Part shown: piece by piece, positions 19,460 to 28,911 of the stretch
How positions within the stretch are numbered: position 1 is the stretch's first letter
Layout of the letters: every line of letters starts with the position of its first letter
From: a virus
Taxonomy: Duplodnaviria > Caudoviricetes
DNA: 47,292 nt
Virus record (IMG/VR): IMGVR_UViG_3300007643_000273
Coordinates: 1-47,292 of that record
Reading direction: 5' to 3' (one strand)
The notes under the pieces: generated by a model
Databases searched by the model: none
Seen by the model: the letters and a program-made list of their open reading frames with translations, nothing else
Told to the model about the DNA's origin: nothing
Translations under genes and position numbers: made by a program

Positions 19460-21012
19460 TCTTCGCCCTCGCTTGAGTTGCCGGCTTCGGTGGTGGTTTT
19501 CTCCGCGCGTCCGCCTTGGCCCTTGCTATAGTCCAGCACGATGCCGAGACGGCCGGCGATCGCCTTCTCTCGTTGAATCTGGGTAAGGTTGCGAATCCAA
19601 TGTTTGCCGCGCAAGCCGCACTCATCTTTGAGAGTCGATAGGCCGGAGCGTAGTCGCGAGATACTGGCTTCGGTCTCCGCTTCGGGATCGAGCTGCTCGC
19701 GACCTGGCCCGAGAATTTCTAACTTCTGATACCGGCGAAGATCGCGGTTGAATTCGCGAGCGGTAACCGTTTCAAAAAGACCAAGCGCGGCGGCCTGTCG
19801 GTTCCATTGCTGGCGAACGGGACGGATCAAGCGGCGAGCCATCCAAGCCTGGAGCGGCTTCGTATGGGCAGCATCGTCAAGGTGAGCCCCTCGAGCGGCG
19901 GTGTAACTGGTGTTGTCGTAGCGACCGGTGAGGCGGTAGTAGCTAATGCCGACGCCGGCGGCCATATCGTGGTCAATCATCGAAATAAAATCGGAAGCGT
20001 TACGGCTCGGCCGTTTGCTTTCGATCATTTCGACTTCATCTTTTAGGCCGGCTTCAAAGATCAAACCGTTGCCAAGTTTCACCGGATCGTTGCCGAGAGG
20101 ATCGGCAGAATTGTCGCCGTCGCTCATGCCGATCGGGCCAGCGTTTGGATGCTCGCGTTTGATGATCGCAGTGAACAACGCGCCGATCGCGGCGGCAGTG
20201 AGTTCGTTACCGAGATACCAATCACGATCGCGGCCGGTGCGAATGATTGCCGCAAACCAGCTGGCCCCGATGTGAGCCGAAGGGCGCGGCGGAACAAACA
20301 TGTGAATCACCCGCGAAGCCGGTACCGGGCGACTAAACGGCGAAGATCCGACGGCCACATCATCGTAGGGATGCGCGTCGAAAATCCAGTAGTTCACCGG
20401 GCGACCGTGGCGGTCGTATTCGATGCCATTGCGAATCAGGTTTTGTTTATCGGTGCGCGGTTGCTCTTTCCAGAGATCGATCTGCTCACGCTCTAGCAGC
20501 TGGTAGCACAGCGGGTGCGCGTGGCTGCGATCCGGACGGCTGCATTCAAGCAACAGCGAATCGCCAACCTCGGCGGTTTCTCCGAACGCCTGGCGTTGCA
20601 TTTCGCCCCACGACAAAACGCCTTCAACGTCGGCAAAATCTTCCCACTCTTCGAAGAGATCATCGGACTCAAGACCGTAACTTAGATACTGGTCATCGAT
20701 CGAATCGAGATCATCATTCGCCAAGTGTGGCGTTGCGAGCGCGGCGATCTTGCAGCCCACGATCATATCGGTGAGCACGCTGCGGGCGTGGTTGAATAGC
20801 GGCGTGTTGCGAACCTCATCGCGGATTCGGCTTGTCATCAACGACTGGCTTTCGCTAATCGCAGAATCTCCGGATCGATGCGCTGGCTGCCAGCTCTTTG
20901 TATGGCGATCGATGCGGCCGGCTCGATACGCTTCGTGAGTCTCCGCGCGCAAGCTTTCCTCTAGCCGGTGCCGCTTGCCGAGTTCAGCCAGAAAATTGCT
21001 TGGGTTGCTCAT
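19456..21012 (-). CDS. Portal protein, lambda family
   Basis: NGIEYD..GRPV.YW, VPA.RVIH, G.SYY.LTG.Y...SY.AAR and DPEAE motifs. Confidence 0.9.
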   Translation of the reverse strand: MSNPSNFLAELGKRHRLEESLRAETHEAYRAGRIDRHTKSWQPAHRSGDSAISESQSLMTSRIRDEVRNTPLFNHARSVLTDMIVGCKIAALATPHLANDDLDSIDDQYLSYGLESDDLFEEWEDFADVEGVLSWGEMQRQAFGETAEVGDSLLLECSRPDRSHAHPLCYQLLEREQIDLWKEQPRTDKQNLIRNGIEYDRHGRPVNYWIFDAHPYDDVAVGSSPFSRPVPASRVIHMFVPPRPSAHIGASWFAAIIRTGRDRDWYLGNELTAAAIGALFTAIIKREHPNAGPIGMSDGDNSADPLGNDPVKLGNGLIFEAGLKDEVEMIESKRPSRNASDFISMIDHDMAAGVGISYYRLTGRYDNTSYTAARGAHLDDAAHTKPLQAWMARRLIRPVRQQWNRQAAALGLFETVTAREFNRDLRRYQKLEILGPGREQLDPEAETEASISRLRSGLSTLKDECGLRGKHWIRNLTQIQREKAIAGRLGIVLDYSKGQGGRAEKTTTEAGNSSEGEE

Positions 21013-21221
21013 TCGTTAATTGGTTGAACCGGTCGGAATCGTCCACTCGCACCGCTCTCGGCTGCGATCTGTGATTGCAACTTGTCACGACGTTCAAACA
21101 GCTTTTCCAGGTTGAGCATTTTGGCACCGTCGCCTTGCTCGTTGAATTCGGAAACGCCGCCCTGGGTGATCGAGAGGATCTGCGCGTTGACGGCATCAAG
21201 CAGCTGTTGAGTAGTAACCAT
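21009..21221 (-). CDS. gpW-like head completion protein
   Basis: 70-aa ORF between terminase and portal; helix-hairpin-helix pattern. Confidence 0.6.
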   Translation of the reverse strand: MVTTQQLLDAVNAQILSITQGGVSEFNEQGDGAKMLNLEKLFERRDKLQSQIAAESGASGRFRPVQPINE

Positions 21222-21264
21222 GCCGCAATCGTAGCGCGCAGAGCGGCATTTTTTGGCGCACGCT

Positions 21265-21281
21265 TTTACAAGGTTTGTAAA
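21265..21281. promoter_or_regulatory. Palindromic late-promoter element TTTACAA-N3-TTGTAAA (copy 1)
   Basis: 44 nt from the gpW-like ATG; TACGAT -10-like box 31 nt downstream on the minus strand. Confidence 0.7.
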
Positions 21282-21290
21282 CGCGAAAAG

Positions 21291-21548
21291 TTAGCGGGCT
21301 CCAAATCCTTCTTGTTCCTCGGGTCGATTCTTGAGGAATTTCTTATAGTCGGGGCGAATGAGTTGCACGGAGAAACCACACCGGTTGGGGCAATAGTAGT
21401 ACGTCACCAACTTGGCGGAGCTGCCGGCGGTGCAGGTTACGATGCTCTCATCGGTGGAGCACTTCGGGCATTCTGGACCGGCGTTGATGCGCGGGCGTTT
21501 CGGTGTGTCGGCTTCGTTATCGGGTTTTTCTTCCGGCGTGTTCGCCAT
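21291..21548 (-). CDS. Ogr/Delta-like zinc-finger protein, candidate late activator
   Basis: CPKC...YYYCPNRCG Cys spacing. Confidence 0.55.
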   Translation of the reverse strand: MANTPEEKPDNEADTPKRPRINAGPECPKCSTDESIVTCTAGSSAKLVTYYYCPNRCGFSVQLIRPDYKKFLKNRPEEQEGFGAR

Positions 21549-21580
21549 CTTCTAACCTCTTCAACGAGTTTTGAGCCAGG

Positions 21581-23551
21581 TTATCGAGCTGAGAAACCAT
21601 CGCCGCCGGGGCGGGCTGAGTGACCGGCTTGAGGTGTTCGCCGTGCTCGCTTCGGTATTTCGCGCGGCCAATGGCTGGCATCCCAACCGAAATTTCCCTT
21701 TTGGCTGGCAACGATCATTTCAGCCATCGCACGCGAATACACTTCGGTATCCCAATAGTCGCAGCCGATTAGACCGTTGCGGGGTTCCCACTTGGCGACT
21801 TTTGCGCCGTTGTCGTCAACGCTAATGATGCGTTCGAAGTTTGCGATCTGTTCAAGATAGTCTTGCCCTTCTTCCTTGATGTTGCGCGGCAATCGCCAGG
21901 CGGTCGGTCCATCCTCGGTGGCGGCTCGTAGCTCCACCATTTGGTGGTAAATAGGATAAACGTTAATCCGCCAAAGGTCTAAGCCGTCCTGGTAGACTTC
22001 GCCGGTTCTTGCATTGCGATCGACTAGCGAACGCCGCCAGCGGTCGAATCCCAATTGATGATCGCCGCGCACCGTTCGGATGCGCTCATCGGCTCGGGCG
22101 CGCGTCCACTCCTGCACCGTTCGCGTGCGGTGCCCGGCGTCGATCGCCATTAAGCGAACGCGCAACGAGTCTCGCCCGCGAGGGTTGAGACCATCAACGA
22201 CCCAGCGACGATCGAGCACAGACTTGATGAGCGCATCCAAATCGTCGTTGGTGTCAGGCGTGCGCGGGTTGATTCCCCAATCAATTAGCCAGCTTTGCGA
22301 TTGATCGCCCCAACCGCGAACGATCCAATAAACGCGATCCTGTTGGACGTCGGCCGCCGAGGTAAGAAACCAGCAATCACTTGGCACGATGTTGCGATCG
22401 TAGGCGGCTGTTCTTCGCTTCGCAATTTCGCCCCACTCGAGCCGCTCGGAGTTGTAGCGGTGTGCGATCGCCAGCCAGTTACCGAAGAAATCGGGGATAG
22501 TGCCGTCGCGAAGCGCGGAAATATAAGCCGCTGCAATATCGCCGATCGTGCGCGCGTCGCTATGAATCGACCAGAGCCGAAAGCCAATATGGCGGCGGCC
22601 GCGCACCGGTTCGCCGCTCACTTCGCCGGTTTCTTGATCGACAAATTGACCTTCGGCAACCCACTTGCCAAGCTCAACCATCGGTTTGATTTGATCGCTT
22701 TCGATCCGGCAGCCGCCGCTTTCGCATTCGTACCAGGCTTGTTTGCGAACTTCATCCGGCTCGAGCCATTGAGCGCGATCGTTTTTCATCCCGCGAATGC
22801 CACCTTTGCCGGTGAACTCGCCGCGCTTGTGAGCGAAGAAACGGAGATCCTGGTAATGACCGCAATGAGGGCATGGGCATTGCCATGAGTATTTGAGGCT
22901 ATCGCGGTAGCGTTGATCGATCGTTGACGGGTGCGCCGACGGCGAACTTTCGGCATAGATTTTATGCCGGCGAAAGCTCTTAACGCGTTGCTCGGCCGCT
23001 CGGACGGCGTTGCCACCTTTTGAGTGATTGCCGTAAACGTCGATCTCGGTTAAGTAGACCACCTGGCACGCGCGGCCACGTAAGCGCTGGCGAGCTTGAG
23101 ACCAGGCGAGATACACCCGGCAATCATGCAAGTCGATGGCTCGCGTGTTGCGATGACGACGTAGCGGCACCTTGTCGCGAATCGTAGGCGTTGCCTCGGC
23201 GTTGCTGTAAACTCGGTCGCGCAGCTCTACGGCTGATTCTCTGTCAGGCGTAACAACGATCGCCGGTGCCGGTGCCAGAACGGAGCGCGAGAGCATCGCC
23301 GCAATCAGCGCGAGCGTGCCGCCAACCTGAGTACTTTTAAGCACATCAATTTGCTGGACCTCAGCATCGTCAAACGCATCGAGGATCGCTTTCCAGTAGG
23401 GGCGACGCTCTAAGTCATAGCGGCCGACGTCCGCCTCATACTCGCTGGACAGACGCATCTCAGAGCTGCACCACTCCGAAGTGGGAACGCTCGGCCGCGG
23501 CTGCCACGACTTCGCGGCGACTCGCGCAAGCCGTTTAATCTGAGCTACCAT
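21581..23551 (-). CDS. terL: Terminase large subunit, GpA family
   Basis: KSTQVGGT Walker A, LTEID Walker B, ESSPS, CPHCG, ADVQ, IDAG and DYWDTEVY motifs. Confidence 0.93.
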   Translation of the reverse strand: MVAQIKRLARVAAKSWQPRPSVPTSEWCSSEMRLSSEYEADVGRYDLERRPYWKAILDAFDDAEVQQIDVLKSTQVGGTLALIAAMLSRSVLAPAPAIVVTPDRESAVELRDRVYSNAEATPTIRDKVPLRRHRNTRAIDLHDCRVYLAWSQARQRLRGRACQVVYLTEIDVYGNHSKGGNAVRAAEQRVKSFRRHKIYAESSPSAHPSTIDQRYRDSLKYSWQCPCPHCGHYQDLRFFAHKRGEFTGKGGIRGMKNDRAQWLEPDEVRKQAWYECESGGCRIESDQIKPMVELGKWVAEGQFVDQETGEVSGEPVRGRRHIGFRLWSIHSDARTIGDIAAAYISALRDGTIPDFFGNWLAIAHRYNSERLEWGEIAKRRTAAYDRNIVPSDCWFLTSAADVQQDRVYWIVRGWGDQSQSWLIDWGINPRTPDTNDDLDALIKSVLDRRWVVDGLNPRGRDSLRVRLMAIDAGHRTRTVQEWTRARADERIRTVRGDHQLGFDRWRRSLVDRNARTGEVYQDGLDLWRINVYPIYHQMVELRAATEDGPTAWRLPRNIKEEGQDYLEQIANFERIISVDDNGAKVAKWEPRNGLIGCDYWDTEVYSRAMAEMIVASQKGNFGWDASHWPREIPKRARRTPQAGHSARPGGDGFSAR

Positions 23552-24203
23552 CGGCGGCCTCCGCTAGCTCGAGGTAGACCATTGAGATCTGGTCGTATGC
23601 ATCGTTGAGCAGTCGCTTGACGCGCTCGGTCACCCGCGATTTTATTTCCTCATCGTTGGGCAGCTCGGCGAGAACCTGGTCGGGCAGTGCATCGAGAATC
23701 GCCCGCGTTGCGGAAGTACTTGAAGCAAGCAACCGCTCGACCGCTTCAACTTCGACCAGTTTGCCTCGCAATTGATCGAGCTTGAGTTGGGCCATTTCCG
23801 CGCGGATGCGGTTGAGCTGGCTGCGATATTCGTCCGAAACCGGTGCACGTGCCGAGTCGCTTTGCGAACTCCACCAGGTGGCAATTTCGTCAACGGGGAA
23901 ATAACCATCGCCGCGACCTGGTGCGCCAACTTTGCCGGGGAAAGATTCAACGAGTAACCAGTCGGCGACGGTGCGAACGCTCACGCCAAAATGCTGCGCA
24001 ACTTCGCTACGCTTTTGCAGTACCTTGCCCGGCAGCGCGGCGACCTTTCCATTTTCCACTAGCCAATCTCGCACTTCGGTCGGCTCGAATCGACGCCGCG
24101 ACTTACCGCCGGTATGTGGTAGCCCTTCGTCGATCCATATTCGGACGACGGACTCGCGCACGCCGATCTTCTTGGCGAGTTGTCGAAGTGTTAATTGGCT
24201 CAC
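23535..24203 (-). CDS. terS: Terminase small subunit (Nu1-like) with tandem HTH
   Basis: Two HTH motifs (LRQLAKKIGV..W; SEVAQHFGVSVRTVADW); C-terminal coiled coil ending GKLVEV; overlaps terL. Confidence 0.8.
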   Translation of the reverse strand: MSQLTLRQLAKKIGVRESVVRIWIDEGLPHTGGKSRRRFEPTEVRDWLVENGKVAALPGKVLQKRSEVAQHFGVSVRTVADWLLVESFPGKVGAPGRGDGYFPVDEIATWWSSQSDSARAPVSDEYRSQLNRIRAEMAQLKLDQLRGKLVEVEAVERLLASSTSATRAILDALPDQVLAELPNDEEIKSRVTERVKRLLNDAYDQISMVYLELAEAADGSSD

Positions 24204-24484
24204 GCGGATTCGCTATGGAGTCGGAGGCCATCGAGAGGATCGTCCGAAGCGGCCGCCGGCTTGGCCCCTTCGTCGCGCTCGGCCGCCAACATGCGATGAA
24301 CGTGCCGCGTTGCCCTGTCGAGGTTTAGCAAGAGATCTTTCGGAATCGGATCTTTGTCTTTCTTGAGCGCGTTGCGTTTCTTCAACTCGGCGATTTCTTC
24401 GCACAATGCAATCGCGGCATTTTTCCACGTTGCATCGATCGCCCCGCCGATTCTCTCAAGGTTCGATTCGTTGGTTTCGCTCAT
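24200..24484 (-). CDS. Hypothetical protein, first gene of the terminase operon
   Basis: Stop overlaps the terS start; preceded by the late palindrome. Confidence 0.7.
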   Translation of the reverse strand: MSETNESNLERIGGAIDATWKNAAIALCEEIAELKKRNALKKDKDPIPKDLLLNLDRATRHVHRMLAAERDEGAKPAAASDDPLDGLRLHSESA

Positions 24485-24527
24485 GCAACAATTGTCGCGG
24501 AAACCCGAGATAGAAGGCTGGGCGGTT

Positions 24528-24544
24528 TTTACAATGTTTGTAAA
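24528..24544. promoter_or_regulatory. Palindromic late-promoter element (copy 2), between divergent genes
   Basis: TTTACAA TGT TTGTAAA; 44 nt from ATG 24484 with a GACAAT box; TAGGAT box before the plus-strand ATG 24584. Confidence 0.7.
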
Positions 24545-24583
24545 ATGTGATCTCCGCCAAAGAAACCCGAATTAGGATGCACC

Positions 24584-24817
24584 ATGCACAATTCAGACCG
24601 CGAAAGTGTGCGTATTGAATGCCCCAAGTGTCAGCGCGTACTTGAGCCCAGCGGCGAGTTGTCGGCCGCCGACCAAACCGCCAAAGTTTACCAGTGCCCA
24701 GAATGTATTCGCGTAGTCGATATCGGCGGTGAGCCGTTTGATGCCGCGCTAACTTTCGCGGTCGACGCCAGCGGAAACATCATCGACCCCGGCAGCGGCG
24801 ATCCGCTCGAACTCTAA
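24584..24817 (+). CDS. Small zinc-ribbon protein (only plus-strand prophage gene called)
   Basis: CPKC...CPEC; fills an otherwise empty gap; apparent leaderless start. Confidence 0.65.
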   Translation: MHNSDRESVRIECPKCQRVLEPSGELSAADQTAKVYQCPECIRVVDIGGEPFDAALTFAVDASGNIIDPGSGDPLEL

Positions 24818-25137
24818 CGCTTTTGCCTTTGCTTCGGTTTGACCCAATAAGCGATCGCCTGGAGCAATAGCTCACTTATGTCGGCCTGGATCTCTTCGGC
24901 GGCCGCGTGAAGCTCCGCGAGTTCGCTCGGTGAAACTTTCACGTTGACGAATTCGCTGCGCGCCTGCGTCGCTTCGATTTCTTCGGCTGGCAATCCAGCA
25001 TCGATGAAATCATCCAACGCGTGGCGAACGCATTGGCTCACGCTGCCGAACTTTCCCGCTCTCGAGTCAAGTCGCTTTCGCATGCGCGGTGTCAACCGCG
25101 TTTTAACGTTTTGGTTTTTTTGTTCTGCAAATCGCAT
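24814..25137 (-). CDS. Tandem ribbon-helix-helix DNA-binding protein
   Basis: VKTRLT...SVSQCVRHAL and VNVKVS...DISELLLQAI. Confidence 0.6.
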   Translation of the reverse strand: MRFAEQKNQNVKTRLTPRMRKRLDSRAGKFGSVSQCVRHALDDFIDAGLPAEEIEATQARSEFVNVKVSPSELAELHAAAEEIQADISELLLQAIAYWVKPKQRQKR

Positions 25138-25150
25138 CGGTTTACTCCTG

Positions 25151-25178
25151 AAAAAAGCCCCCGGCTCTCGCCGGAGGC
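25151..25178 (-). terminator. Rho-independent terminator after the HExxH gene
   Basis: GCCTCCGGC-GAGA-GCCGGGGGC followed by T6. Confidence 0.7.
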
Positions 25179-25192
25179 GTCGCTCTGTTTTG

Positions 25193-25756
25193 CTAGTTGC
25201 TTCTCAACATGTGGGCAGATTGATCGCAGCGGGCAAACGACCGAGGGAAACAACGCTTAAATAGGTTTATCGACCAGCGGCACGCTCCGCGCTCACCTTT
25301 CCCGAGCGCGTGGCCGAATTCGTGAAGGTAGGTCACGACTGATAGCTTGCCCTCGAGCAAAATTTCGTCGGTAGCGGGTCTGTACCGCCCATTAGAGCGA
25401 TCCGCTGGTAAATAGCTGAATGTAGTTCGCTTTTCATAAAGGTCGCAAAGGTGAGCGTGCAACGCGTTGAATTTCGCTAGTCTCTCGGGCAAGCTCCCCC
25501 GCCAGGGCTTCGAGCGTGCGAAACGTTTGACCGCGGCGATGACGCCCAGACGATATCGCAAATTGTCATCGATGCATTCAGCAACCGTTGCGGGGTAGGT
25601 TCGGCGATCTTCGATCCATTCCGTTAGCCAAGGATCTGGAGATTCTTCGCCGTTGATGACGTTGCGAATATGAATCGCCGACAATCGGCTGCCGCTTTCT
25701 TCGGCGATAGTTAATTGAGCTTGCAACTCTTCATTTGTGAGCTGTCGCGTATTCAT
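25193..25756 (-). CDS. HExxH zincin-like metallopeptidase
   Basis: NGRY...I.L...TYLHEFGHALG..E motif. Confidence 0.65.
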   Translation of the reverse strand: MNTRQLTNEELQAQLTIAEESGSRLSAIHIRNVINGEESPDPWLTEWIEDRRTYPATVAECIDDNLRYRLGVIAAVKRFARSKPWRGSLPERLAKFNALHAHLCDLYEKRTTFSYLPADRSNGRYRPATDEILLEGKLSVVTYLHEFGHALGKGERGACRWSINLFKRCFPRSFARCDQSAHMLRSN

Positions 25757-25820
25757 AAAATTTCCTCGGGTGATGCCGCCCGCAAAATGCGGGCAGCGAG
25801 TGAAACGAACAAAAACAAAA

Positions 25821-26540
25821 CTAGGCGAAGAGAGAACTAGGGGCCCGACGCTTGACGCGGTTTGTCGGCATCATTTGCACGGTCTCAACTTCGGATCGAT
25901 CGCCGTGCCAGGTAAACGATAGCAACGAATCGTCGCGGACGGTTTGAGGGCTGGGCAGCCCGCGAGTGAGCGACGCGAAATAGTGTCCTGATTTGCTCTG
26001 ACCGATCGAAAGAGGATTTCCGCGTCGGAGTGCAATCAAGCGGTTTGGATTTCGCCAAAGACCGAGCATTGCCAGCGGACTATCCGCCGCCAATTCGCTA
26101 GCCTCTTCGCAGCGACCGACCAGAGTGCCGTCAAGATCTTCGATGAGCTGGGCAAGGACTTCGCTATCGCATTCGGTGACCAGCGGCAGGTCGTGATCTT
26201 CTGCCAGCTCGGCGGCGCGAGATATCACGCCGTTGTGAGCGATCCAACCACCATCGCTGGGGTGAGGGTGATTGTTGAGGTTGTTGCGATAGCACCCGGC
26301 AGTCGCATAGCGGCAGTGGCCGATGAGCATGCGGGCGTCGCTCATCATCGAGAGCATGCCAAGCGAGTCGCTAATCCTGCCAGTTTGCTTGAACATTCTT
26401 AAGCGGTTGCGTGAGTCGATCCAAGCGAACCCGAAGGCGTGTCGGCCGCGTGTCTCGGTGGCGATCGCAATCTCTGCGAGGCGTTTGATCGAGGGGCGAG
26501 AATCTTTGTTGTTGGCGACAAATCCGAAAATACCACACAT
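25821..26540 (-). CDS. Class II (Ntn) glutamine amidotransferase
   Basis: MCGIFG N-terminus; GHCRYAT, NNHP, AHNG and CDSE motifs. Confidence 0.88.
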   Translation of the reverse strand: MCGIFGFVANNKDSRPSIKRLAEIAIATETRGRHAFGFAWIDSRNRLRMFKQTGRISDSLGMLSMMSDARMLIGHCRYATAGCYRNNLNNHPHPSDGGWIAHNGVISRAAELAEDHDLPLVTECDSEVLAQLIEDLDGTLVGRCEEASELAADSPLAMLGLWRNPNRLIALRRGNPLSIGQSKSGHYFASLTRGLPSPQTVRDDSLLSFTWHGDRSEVETVQMMPTNRVKRRAPSSLFA

Positions 26541-26576
26541 AGCTAATTTCCTTAAAAATAAAAACGAGAAGTGAAT

Positions 26577-26600
26577 CCCCCGGCGACGATTCGCCGGGGG
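26577..26600. terminator. GC-rich hairpin between amidoligase and GATase genes
   Basis: CCCCCGGCGA-CGAT-TCGCCGGGGG; short T tract on the plus side. Confidence 0.5.
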
Positions 26601-26614
26601 TCTTTTGGTTGCCC

Positions 26615-27445
26615 TTATTGGGCGTCGTATTTCTTGGCGAGGCGGTGAAGCTCTTTCTTAACTTCTTTAAGCGATGGCGCTTCATCGCAGGCGATGACGC
26701 CGAAAACCTTTTTGCTGCGACCCTTGGTCCAACCGAGTTGATAGCAAAGGCGATTAAGAGCGGTTTGACCTTCGCCGCCGCGTTTGATGGGGCTGGTTTC
26801 TTCGGGCGTTTTGGCGACGAAAGCGGTGACGCGTTTCGCCTCGATAGCACGCTGGACGATGCCCAGGCACATTTGAATGTGACCAACGATTTTGGTTTCG
26901 TTTAACGTGCCAGCGAACGCTCGGAATTCGACTGCGGGGCGAACACCGCGAGCGATGTTGGTCAGGTTCAGAAGGTGGTATCGTTGGTGACTCGCGGCGT
27001 TTTGAGCGCTTTGAGCATCGCCGTGTGATTGAACGCTCGCGGCCCAGTGCCCTTGCTCGCGGCTTTTAGTTCCGGTGCTCGCATAGATAGCTTTCTCAAA
27101 GTTGGCGACAAGTGTAACGAGGCGTTTCATCGCTTTATCGTCGCCAGAAAAGCCAACGTGAACATGCAAACCGCAAGATACGTTAACGCGGCCGCCAAGC
27201 TCGCGAATTTTGGCGACAACTGCGAGCACCTGGCGAACGCCATCGGCACCGCGAAGGATGGGCGACACGAATTCGCAGCCAACGTAACCGGCTCGGCTGC
27301 GGATGCTGCTATCGCTGTGAGCGGCCCAACCAGTGGGGAAACCAGGGATTGCGTTGCCGCGTCGATAAGTGCCAACAGCAACGGCTCCCACTGGCACGAT
27401 GGTTTCGAGTTCAACGCCGAAGGTGATTTCGTTTGGGTTCGTCAT
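26615..27445 (-). CDS. Putative amidoligase (COOH-NH2 ligase, Amidoligase_2 type)
   Basis: TFGVELE, DSSI, EFVSPIL, SCGLHVHVG, RY..LN and VEFRAF motifs. Confidence 0.88.
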   Translation of the reverse strand: MTNPNEITFGVELETIVPVGAVAVGTYRRGNAIPGFPTGWAAHSDSSIRSRAGYVGCEFVSPILRGADGVRQVLAVVAKIRELGGRVNVSCGLHVHVGFSGDDKAMKRLVTLVANFEKAIYASTGTKSREQGHWAASVQSHGDAQSAQNAASHQRYHLLNLTNIARGVRPAVEFRAFAGTLNETKIVGHIQMCLGIVQRAIEAKRVTAFVAKTPEETSPIKRGGEGQTALNRLCYQLGWTKGRSKKVFGVIACDEAPSLKEVKKELHRLAKKYDAQ

Positions 27446-27490
27446 CTGAATTTCCTAGGTGAAAGGTGAAAGGTGCTTCGTGTCTCAACT

Positions 27491-27527
27491 GTGTTACTTA
27501 TCGTAACACGGAGGGGGGGTGGCACAA
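27491..27527 (-). promoter_or_regulatory. Putative sigma70 promoter with overlapping operator for the amidoligase operon
   Basis: TTGTGC-16-TACGAT with extended TG; perfect inverted repeat GTGTTAC-N5-GTAACAC at 27491..27509. Confidence 0.5.
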
Positions 27528-27568
27528 GACAATTTCGAACGGTTTAAGCGGTTTCTGAGTTGCGAACC

Positions 27569-27623
27569 GGCTAACTCAAAGGGCGGCTAGGAGTTCGCCG
27601 CCAGAAGTTTTTTTCGGGTTTCT
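27569..27623. repeat. 55-bp direct repeat, copy 1
   Basis: GGCTAACTCAAAGGGCGGCTAGGAGTTCGCCGCCAGAAGTTTTTTTCGGGTTTCT; 52/55 identical to 29315..29369. Confidence 0.9.
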
Positions 27624-27709
27624 CGTTTTCCTTCGCTTTCCCTCGCTAAAACGCACATTTTCAGGCGCGAAAATGTGCATCCCAGCGAATATCGCGGGTT
27701 TTCAAGCAC

Positions 27710-27737
27710 AAAAAAGCCCACGAATACGCGGGCTTTT
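27710..27737. terminator. Bidirectional terminator-like hairpin after the DUF932 gene
   Basis: AAAAGCCC...GGGCTTTT with A/T tracts on both sides. Confidence 0.65.
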
Positions 27738-27744
27738 CCTCAAC

Positions 27745-28815
27745 TCAAACGTGGGCGACTAGCTGGCCAATTGCAGCCCAGCGACTCGGCACGCTGCGAG
27801 AAACGCGCGGTTTTTTTGGTCGCGGCCAGCACCGTACTGAGTCATTAAAGCGAGCTTCTGACTTGCTGCGAGTTGTCGCACCGCGACGGGGCAAGTGGTC
27901 AACGTGCTCGGTGACAGCGTTGAACGCTGCCCAGGCGGTATCGACGATATCGCCGAAACTGTTTCGCTCGTTGCGAAAGTTTGCGGCGATCGAATCGCGA
28001 GTTGCCTGGATATTGCTTTCGCGGCGTGCGGTCCAATCTGGATCTAGGCGATTCGGCACCGGGCACATAACGTCGAGATATGCTTCCCACTGGTCGCGTG
28101 TTAGCTTCGCTTCTGCGAGCTGGCGAGCGGTATCCGAATACGTTTCGAATTCGTCCGTTGCAAGGTGCAAAATTTCGCGAGCTTTATTCAAGCGATCGTT
28201 TAACGATCCAACGTGGGAGATACTCAGCTCATCGATGGCGGCACCGTCGCGACTCAACGCGAGCTTGTAAGTGTTCGCACAAACAACGCGAACGGAGGTG
28301 GGCCCAAACTTTATCGCACCGCAACCGTCGTGGGATAAGCTCATCAAGATAAAGCGGTGTTGTTCGTCGCCGTGGGCGATCGTGTCAACTTCGGGCATGC
28401 GAGCGGTGATGATAACCTTCTTGCCGCCGCGAATGCTGAAAGCGCTTTCATATTGCATGATGCCGTCATCGACTAACGCATCCATGAAATCAAACGCCTC
28501 GAAATTTTGAACGACGGTATATTGATCGCTCACTGTGCCTAGAAAAAAGTTGTTATCGCTTCGCACGTTAGCGAATTGACCAGGCAGATCGTGAAACTCC
28601 TGCCGCGTGACTTTACCCTCGGGAGTTTCGATCTCGTGATCGGTGTAATAGCCCAGCGGTTTTTGAACAACCTCCCAATTGAGTTGGGCAGCTTGCAACG
28701 CTTCTTCGCTGGTCATCGCGCCGGGAAGCACCGCACCAAGGCCGTGCCAAGCTGGCTGAACCGCGAAAGCTGCTTCGGCTGTTCCATCGACTCGCGTGCT
28801 AATTTCGTGTGGCAT
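27745..28815 (-). CDS. DUF932 phage/plasmid-like protein; apparent frameshift near the 3' end
   Basis: AWHGLG, L.WEV, Y.VVQN.EAF, SHDG, RVVCANT and TAWAAFNAVTE..DH motifs; expected C-terminus lies in another frame. Confidence 0.85.
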   Translation of the reverse strand: MPHEISTRVDGTAEAAFAVQPAWHGLGAVLPGAMTSEEALQAAQLNWEVVQKPLGYYTDHEIETPEGKVTRQEFHDLPGQFANVRSDNNFFLGTVSDQYTVVQNFEAFDFMDALVDDGIMQYESAFSIRGGKKVIITARMPEVDTIAHGDEQHRFILMSLSHDGCGAIKFGPTSVRVVCANTYKLALSRDGAAIDELSISHVGSLNDRLNKAREILHLATDEFETYSDTARQLAEAKLTRDQWEAYLDVMCPVPNRLDPDWTARRESNIQATRDSIAANFRNERNSFGDIVDTAWAAFNAVTEHVDHLPRRGATTRSKSEARFNDSVRCWPRPKKPRVSRSVPSRWAAIGQLVAHV

Positions 28816-28911
28816 CTTTGTTGTCCTTCAAAAAATAGAGTTGAAAAATTGGCGTGCCATCGTCAGGCCGCAATTGCCAAAAGATTTGCGACGACGCCCG
28901 AGGCGTTTCGG

